From NCBI GenBank assembly GCA_038231435.1, contig JBBRLJ010000007.1:32001-96000 (forward strand): DNA of 64,000 nucleotides, written 5' to 3'. Positions 58,917-64,000 of the stretch are shown piece by piece. Position numbers and translations under genes: made by a program. Below the pieces are notes generated by a model, which saw only the letters and a list, made by a program, of their open reading frames with translations, was not told the DNA's origin and did no database searches. The stretch's first letter is position 1. Every line of letters starts with the position of its first letter. Origin of the DNA: Planctomycetota bacterium (GTDB taxonomy: Bacteria > Planctomycetota > UBA11346).

Positions 58917-61325
58917 TCAGAACGCGGCGGCTGAGCGACCCCTGGCCCTGGGCCTGGGCCACAGCAGGTTGTAGAGGATGACCTCGCCCTGCTCGTTGGG
59001 CTCGCCATCGCCCACGGCGGACACTGCGTCGCGCAGCGTCTTGGTGGGATCGGGCTTACCGAGGAACTCGTTGAACACGGCGTTGCCGGTGGATTTCACC
59101 AGCAGCGCGAGCGCGCGCAGATCCTGCACCACCGTCACGGTATAGCGGCCTGGAGCCGCCTTGGTGGTGACCAGCATGCCGCCGGCCTCGTCGGCCTTGG
59201 CGGTGAAGCCCGCGAGCAGGCGCTGGAGGATCGGCACCACCAACGGCCGTGGGTAGCGCAGGTTGCCGGGCAGCACGCAGTAGAGCAGATGATCCTGGTT
59301 GATGTTCAGCGAGGCGACCTGCATCGGCATCCCCAGCTTGGAGAGCTCGGCCACCATCTGCTCCTGCTTGCCCTGGTTGCGGTTGATGACCGCGATCGCC
59401 TGTTCGAGGTACGCATCGATCTCGGCGTGCGCCACGCGCTCGACGCGCGCCAGTTCCTCGACCACCCGTGGCAGGAGCGGGAGCACGCGCGCCATCTGCA
59501 GCGAATCGCTGCCGTCCTCGACCTGGTCGAAGAGCTTGGCGATGGCCGCGGGCAGTGGCTTCGCCGCCGGCGCGGCGTCATCGAGCCACGAGAGGTGGTC
59601 GCCCTGTACGCGCTGCAGCAGCTGGAGGGGGCCGCGCACGTCGCCGTACCAGATGGTGCGGTTCACCAGCTCGTGCTGGCTGTACGACAAGATGCCGGTG
59701 CGCGTGACGTAGGCATTCTCGTACACCAGCTTGGTGGGCTTGCCGGCGCGCGGCTCGGCGTGGAAGCGCGAGACGGTATCGATCCAGCGATCGTCATGGC
59801 CGACCTCGCGCATCAGGCGGTTGAAGAGCTCCTCGTTGCCATTGCCGGCCGCGGCGCGCGCCGCCAGGTGCTTCTCGAGGAAGCCGTCCGCTTGCTTGGG
59901 GAAGGCCACCAGTTCTGGCGCCACCACCATGCGCGCCTTGAGCGATTCCGCGTAGTCCGCGAGCGATGTGGCCTCGGCCCCGGCGGCGGCCGGCTCCGGT
60001 TGGCACGCTGAACTCAACATCCAGGGCACCTCTGCGTCGAGCTCGAGCGGCGGCTTGGCGTCGCGCCAGAAGGTGGCCATGGCGACCAGCAGGCCGCCCG
60101 GCAGGTCCTTCGCCTTGAGCTTCTGCGCGAGATTCGTACCCCAGGCGGCGATCATCTCGGACTTCTTTGGCGGAGCCGCGCGGCCGCTGGCCGAGAGCAT
60201 CAGGCGCTCGCCAGGCAGCGAGGCGGCCGCGGCACGGACTTCGGCAAGCGGCAACGGCGACGAGGCGAACGTCTCGACGCCCGCGGCGGCGATCGCCAAA
60301 CGTACCTTCACCTGCTCCGGACGGAGATCGATGCCCAGGGCGAGCCCGTCGATCCCCATCAGCGACGAGGCGATCGTCGGCACGAAGGTCTCGGCGCTGG
60401 CGGTCACCAGGCATTCAGCGTAGTCCAGCAACTGGTTGACGTCGGCGATGCCCGCGCGCCAGCGCAGCTGAAAATTCAGGTTTCCCAGGGCATCGGGCGG
60501 AATCATGCGCAGGAATTGCGCGCGCCACTGCTTGATGGCCCCCGGCGGGATGGTGCCGAACTGCTTGGCCATCATGGCGATCATCGGCTTCACCGGCAGC
60601 GCGCTTGCCGCCACGCACAGATCCGACGCCGGCAGTCCAGCGATCAGCGGATCGTCCGACAGGTGCTTGGCGCCGCCGGCCACCGCTGAGGTGGCGGTGC
60701 GCATGCTGCCGAACAGGAACAGGGTGTCCTGCGAGCGAGCCGCGAAGCACTCACCCGGCAGGTCCTGGTTGGTGCCGGCGATGTGCCAGCCCTTCTGGGC
60801 GCCGATCGCGCAGGACTCGCAGCTGCGTGGACGCAGCGTGTTCATCAGCAGGGCGGCGAGCGACTCGTCGTGGCCGATCGGCAGCGACAGTACCCACGAC
60901 CTGGGCAGATCATCGGCGTACCAGGTCACGGTCAGCGGACGGTCGGCGGCGATGCCGAACCGCTCTGAGATCGCCGCAGGCGTCAGTGGGCCACCTACCG
61001 TCTGGTCGCCGAGCCAGGCGAGCAGCGGCTTGGGCTGACCGAGATACTTGCGCATCGGCTTCGGCACGGCCTGCTCGGGGACGAAGCCCATCACCAGTCC
61101 GTCGATATGGTCGAGCAGCGTCGCGAGCTGCGAGAGACGCACGTGCAGCACCGCGCCGACGGGCAGCACGGCTTCCGCAGCGCCCGCGGGCAGGGACACC
61201 GGCAGGTCGGCGAGCTTCGGCATCTGGACGTCCCCGGCGTCATCCGCCTCGGCAGCCTCGATCCTGGAGATGGGGATGAGGGTCGAGACCAGCAGCGCGG
61301 CGAGGACGAGGATGCGAGAGGTCAT
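58917..61325 (-). CDS. Large secreted hypothetical protein (802 aa)
   Basis: Signal peptide MTSRILVLAALLVSTLIP...EA; strong coding bias; no recognised motif. Confidence 0.75.
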   Translation of the reverse strand: MTSRILVLAALLVSTLIPISRIEAAEADDAGDVQMPKLADLPVSLPAGAAEAVLPVGAVLHVRLSQLATLLDHIDGLVMGFVPEQAVPKPMRKYLGQPKPLLAWLGDQTVGGPLTPAAISERFGIAADRPLTVTWYADDLPRSWVLSLPIGHDESLAALLMNTLRPRSCESCAIGAQKGWHIAGTNQDLPGECFAARSQDTLFLFGSMRTATSAVAGGAKHLSDDPLIAGLPASDLCVAASALPVKPMIAMMAKQFGTIPPGAIKQWRAQFLRMIPPDALGNLNFQLRWRAGIADVNQLLDYAECLVTASAETFVPTIASSLMGIDGLALGIDLRPEQVKVRLAIAAAGVETFASSPLPLAEVRAAAASLPGERLMLSASGRAAPPKKSEMIAAWGTNLAQKLKAKDLPGGLLVAMATFWRDAKPPLELDAEVPWMLSSACQPEPAAAGAEATSLADYAESLKARMVVAPELVAFPKQADGFLEKHLAARAAAGNGNEELFNRLMREVGHDDRWIDTVSRFHAEPRAGKPTKLVYENAYVTRTGILSYSQHELVNRTIWYGDVRGPLQLLQRVQGDHLSWLDDAAPAAKPLPAAIAKLFDQVEDGSDSLQMARVLPLLPRVVEELARVERVAHAEIDAYLEQAIAVINRNQGKQEQMVAELSKLGMPMQVASLNINQDHLLYCVLPGNLRYPRPLVVPILQRLLAGFTAKADEAGGMLVTTKAAPGRYTVTVVQDLRALALLVKSTGNAVFNEFLGKPDPTKTLRDAVSAVGDGEPNEQGEVILYNLLWPRPRARGRSAAAF

Positions 61326-61464
61326 GGTGCTTCCGAGGTGGGCCGGGGTTCTAGCAGGGGTGCGCGATTACGCCACTGCGAGGCCCGTTCCGGGCGCCTT
61401 GCCGCTGACGATGGTTGGCTTATAGCTCTCTCGCCTCGTCCGTACCGCAGCACTTGGAGCGGCC

Positions 61465-62808
61465 ATGCCCCGTACCTTCGAACTCCCGGCCGACTTCCTG
61501 TGGGGCGTCGCCACCGCCAGCTACCAGATCGAGGGAGCTCACGACGAGGACGGGCGCAAGCCGTCGGTGTGGGACACCTTCTGCCGCACTCCCGGCAAGG
61601 TGGTGAACGGCGACACCGGCGATGTCGCCTGCGACCACTACCACCGCTTCCGCGACGACGTGAAGCTGATGAAGGATCTCGGGGTCAAGGCGTACCGTTT
61701 CTCGATCGCGTGGCCGCGCGTGGTGCCCGACGGCGACGGTGCGGTGAACCAGCAGGGTCTGGACTTCTACCGCCGCCTGGTTGACGCGCTGCTCGAGGCC
61801 GGCATCGAGCCGTGGGCGACCTGCTACCACTGGGACATGCCCGAGGCGACGTATCAGAAGCACCGCGGCTGGCACGGGCGCCAGACCGCTCACGACCTCG
61901 CGCGCTTCGCCGGCATCTGCGCGAAGTCGCTCGGCGATCGCGTGAAGAAGTGGTTCACCATCAACGAGTTCGTCTGCTTCACGCATCTGAGCTACGGCGT
62001 CGGCATCCACGCCCCTGGCGAGAAGGTCGGGCAGCGCGAGCTCAACCAGCTCACGCACCACGCGCTCCTCGGACACGGCCTGGCGGTAGACGCGATCCGC
62101 GCCAACGCGCCCGGGGTGCGCGTCGGCCTGGCTGAGAACGTCAGCAATTACGTGCCGGTGATGGAGACGCCCGAGCACATCGAGGCGACGCGGCAGGCGT
62201 GGCGCGCGGCGAACGGCGGGATGATCGTACCGGTGATGACCGGCGCGTACGATCCGACCTGGCTCGCGCGTCAAGGCGAGAACGCGCCGAATGTCGAGGC
62301 CGGCGACATGGCGCAGATCTCGCGACCGCTCGACCTGATCGCACTGAACATCTATTCGGGCGCGTACGTCTCGGCCGATCCCGCGAAGGGCCATCGCATC
62401 ATCGACCCGACTCCGAACTACCCGACCTACAACATCGGCTGGCTGAAGCATCTTCCCGACGGCCTGTACTGGAGCCTGCGCTTCGCGCACGAACTCGGCG
62501 CGAAGGAGCTCTACATCAGCGAAAACGGCTGCTGCGGCTCGGACATCGCGAACGCTCAGGGCGAGGTCGACGACGTCGATCGCCTGCTGTTCCTGCGCGA
62601 ATATCTACGCGCCACCCAGCGCGCCACTGCCGACGGCGTGCCGCTGAAGGGATACTTCCTGTGGAGCCTGATGGACAACTTCGAATGGGCCGAGGGCTAC
62701 TCGCGCCGCTTCGGCATCGTCCACACCGACTACAAGACCCAGAAGCGCACGCCCAAACTCAGCGCCCGCTGGTATCAGCAGGTCATCAAGCACAACGCTG
62801 TTCTTTGA
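61465..62808 (+). CDS. GH1 beta-glucosidase
   Basis: FLWGVATASYQIEGA, YRFSIAWPR, TINE (acid/base), ISENG (nucleophile), WSLMDNFEWAEGY. Confidence 0.96.
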   Translation: MPRTFELPADFLWGVATASYQIEGAHDEDGRKPSVWDTFCRTPGKVVNGDTGDVACDHYHRFRDDVKLMKDLGVKAYRFSIAWPRVVPDGDGAVNQQGLDFYRRLVDALLEAGIEPWATCYHWDMPEATYQKHRGWHGRQTAHDLARFAGICAKSLGDRVKKWFTINEFVCFTHLSYGVGIHAPGEKVGQRELNQLTHHALLGHGLAVDAIRANAPGVRVGLAENVSNYVPVMETPEHIEATRQAWRAANGGMIVPVMTGAYDPTWLARQGENAPNVEAGDMAQISRPLDLIALNIYSGAYVSADPAKGHRIIDPTPNYPTYNIGWLKHLPDGLYWSLRFAHELGAKELYISENGCCGSDIANAQGEVDDVDRLLFLREYLRATQRATADGVPLKGYFLWSLMDNFEWAEGYSRRFGIVHTDYKTQKRTPKLSARWYQQVIKHNAVL

Positions 62809-62857
62809 CGTACCCCAGAACCACCGACACTCCGGTGAAGACCATGTGGGCATCAAG

Positions 62858-63152
62858 CCCGAGCGGCGCGAGCCGCGAGCGCGCGCCGAGCTCCGGTGTG
62901 CGTGAACCATGGGCGCAGCCCATCACGCAGCTTTTATCACAGGGGCTTTGCCCCTACGGCCCTGAGTGGCCTACCCCACGGGCTTTGTCGGGGCTCGATG
63001 TCTCCGCTGCGCTGCGACATCGTCGGCGGATCGGCTGCGCCGATTGTATCCGCCGACCGCCCCTCTGGCGCCCGCCCCATTCGCGGAGCAATGGGGCCCC
63101 CGAGGTAGCCGATCTAATCCGCGCGCGGGGGCCTCAGGGGCAGCGCCCCTGA
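62858..63152. repeat. Hairpin-rich REP/MITE-like element, long copy
   Basis: 72-bp head shared with 63162-63233; internal hairpins; terminal TCAGGGGC-AGC-GCCCCTGA. Confidence 0.7.
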
Positions 63153-63161
63153 ATCCAACAT

Positions 63162-63302
63162 CCCGAGCGGCGCGAGCCGCGAGCGCGCGCCGAGCTCCGG
63201 TTTGCGTGAACAATGGGCGCAGCCCATCACGCAAACTTTTTCGCCGTAGGCGAAAAAGAGGAGCGACAAAGCGGCGCGGGGGCTCGGGGGCGGAGCCCCC
63301 GA
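63162..63302. repeat. Hairpin-rich REP/MITE-like element, short copy
   Basis: Same 72-bp head (2 mismatches); terminal TCGGGGGC-GGA-GCCCCCGA. Confidence 0.7.
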
Positions 63303-63998
63303 CTAAAAAGAAACGCCGGCGACCAAACCCGCAAAGATGCCGGATCCGGTGATCGTGGCCTTGTACGAATCCAGGGCCACGGTGTGGTCGAATTCGACCT
63401 TGGTGTAGAACGCCTGGTAGCCCAGCTGCACGCCGATCAATCCTGGCTGGCCGTCGATGTAGGCGCCGACGCGCACGCCGTAATCGAGGTACAGCGCCTC
63501 GCCCGAGTTGTTCTTGGAGGTCTGCGCTCCAGCAGCGTTCAAGCCGACCTCGGTGCGTGCGTGGGCTGCGCCGATGCCGACGAACGGCAGGGCCTCGAGC
63601 CGCACGAAGCCAGCCTGCAGGCTCGGGCCGAAGGACACCATCAGGCCGTAGGCGAGCAGCTTGTCCTTCTGCTCAAAGCCACCGCGCGTGGCCTTGCCGC
63701 GCACGCTCGAGATGAAGAAGCTCGGGCCTCCGACCAGACCGATGCCCGGGCCATCGGCGCGCCAGAGCGGACCGATGTCAGCCTCGAGACCGGCTTCGGA
63801 CTTCATGGAGACGGTGCCGTCGTTGGCTGGATCGGGGACGGTGGCGGGATCCTTGGAATCGGTGATCTTCTCCTCCCTGATGCCCGGGGCCATGCCGATG
63901 GTCAGGCGCAGATCGCCGCTGCGGTCGCCATCCATGGCGGCGCAGCTCAGGATCGGAGCGGACAGGAGCAGCGCGGAAGCCAACCAGGTTGAGCGCAT
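63303..63998 (-). CDS. Putative outer-membrane beta-barrel protein
   Basis: Signal peptide; about 8 amphipathic strands; terminal AGVSF. Confidence 0.7.
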   Translation of the reverse strand: MRSTWLASALLLSAPILSCAAMDGDRSGDLRLTIGMAPGIREEKITDSKDPATVPDPANDGTVSMKSEAGLEADIGPLWRADGPGIGLVGGPSFFISSVRGKATRGGFEQKDKLLAYGLMVSFGPSLQAGFVRLEALPFVGIGAAHARTEVGLNAAGAQTSKNNSGEALYLDYGVRVGAYIDGQPGLIGVQLGYQAFYTKVEFDHTVALDSYKATITGSGIFAGLVAGVSF

Positions 63999-64000
63999 GT

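Noticed and set aside
62858..63302. Possible CRISPR array
   Set aside because: Only two 72-bp repeats with unequal, self-structured intervening sequence, and no cas genes

Overview
High-GC bacterial chromosomal window, most likely from a Planctomycetota lineage. This is inferred from the DWG-type membrane Ser/Thr kinases, ECF sigma factors, N-methyl/prepilin proteins and many secreted glycan-active proteins; no rRNA marker is present. From left to right: (1) a glycan/sugar catabolism island: sialate O-acetylesterase, a LacI regulator with a visible operator pair, a BNR beta-propeller, AraC plus a PhyH-SDR-SDR operon, and an AraC-GH30-GH51-BNR cluster. (2) Two paralogous receptor-like non-RD Ser/Thr kinases (kinase-TM-lectin-like-TPR). 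(3) A CorE-like (ECF44-type) Cys-rich sigma factor coupled to a DUF4396-like membrane protein. (4) A secreted esterase with three 354-bp Ig-like repeats and a broken ECF sigma gene. (5) A complete phosphate locus (porin, pstSCAB-phoU-phoB-phoR) with four sets of 11-bp-periodic PHO-box-like repeats. (6) A stand-alone five-gene pseudopilin cassette in FimU-PilV-PilW-PilX-PilE-like order, with greatly enlarged subunits (the PilV-position protein is about 1170 aa) and a Met/Thr-rich micro-ORF in front; this is the best candidate for an undescribed system. (7) A MocR regulator divergent from a reductase/CoA-transferase/thiolase operon, then a sugar epimerase, a GH1 glucosidase and hairpin-rich REP/MITE-like intergenic elements. 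No tRNA, rRNA, CRISPR array, transposase or integrase was seen. All family assignments come from motif recognition by eye, not database searches.
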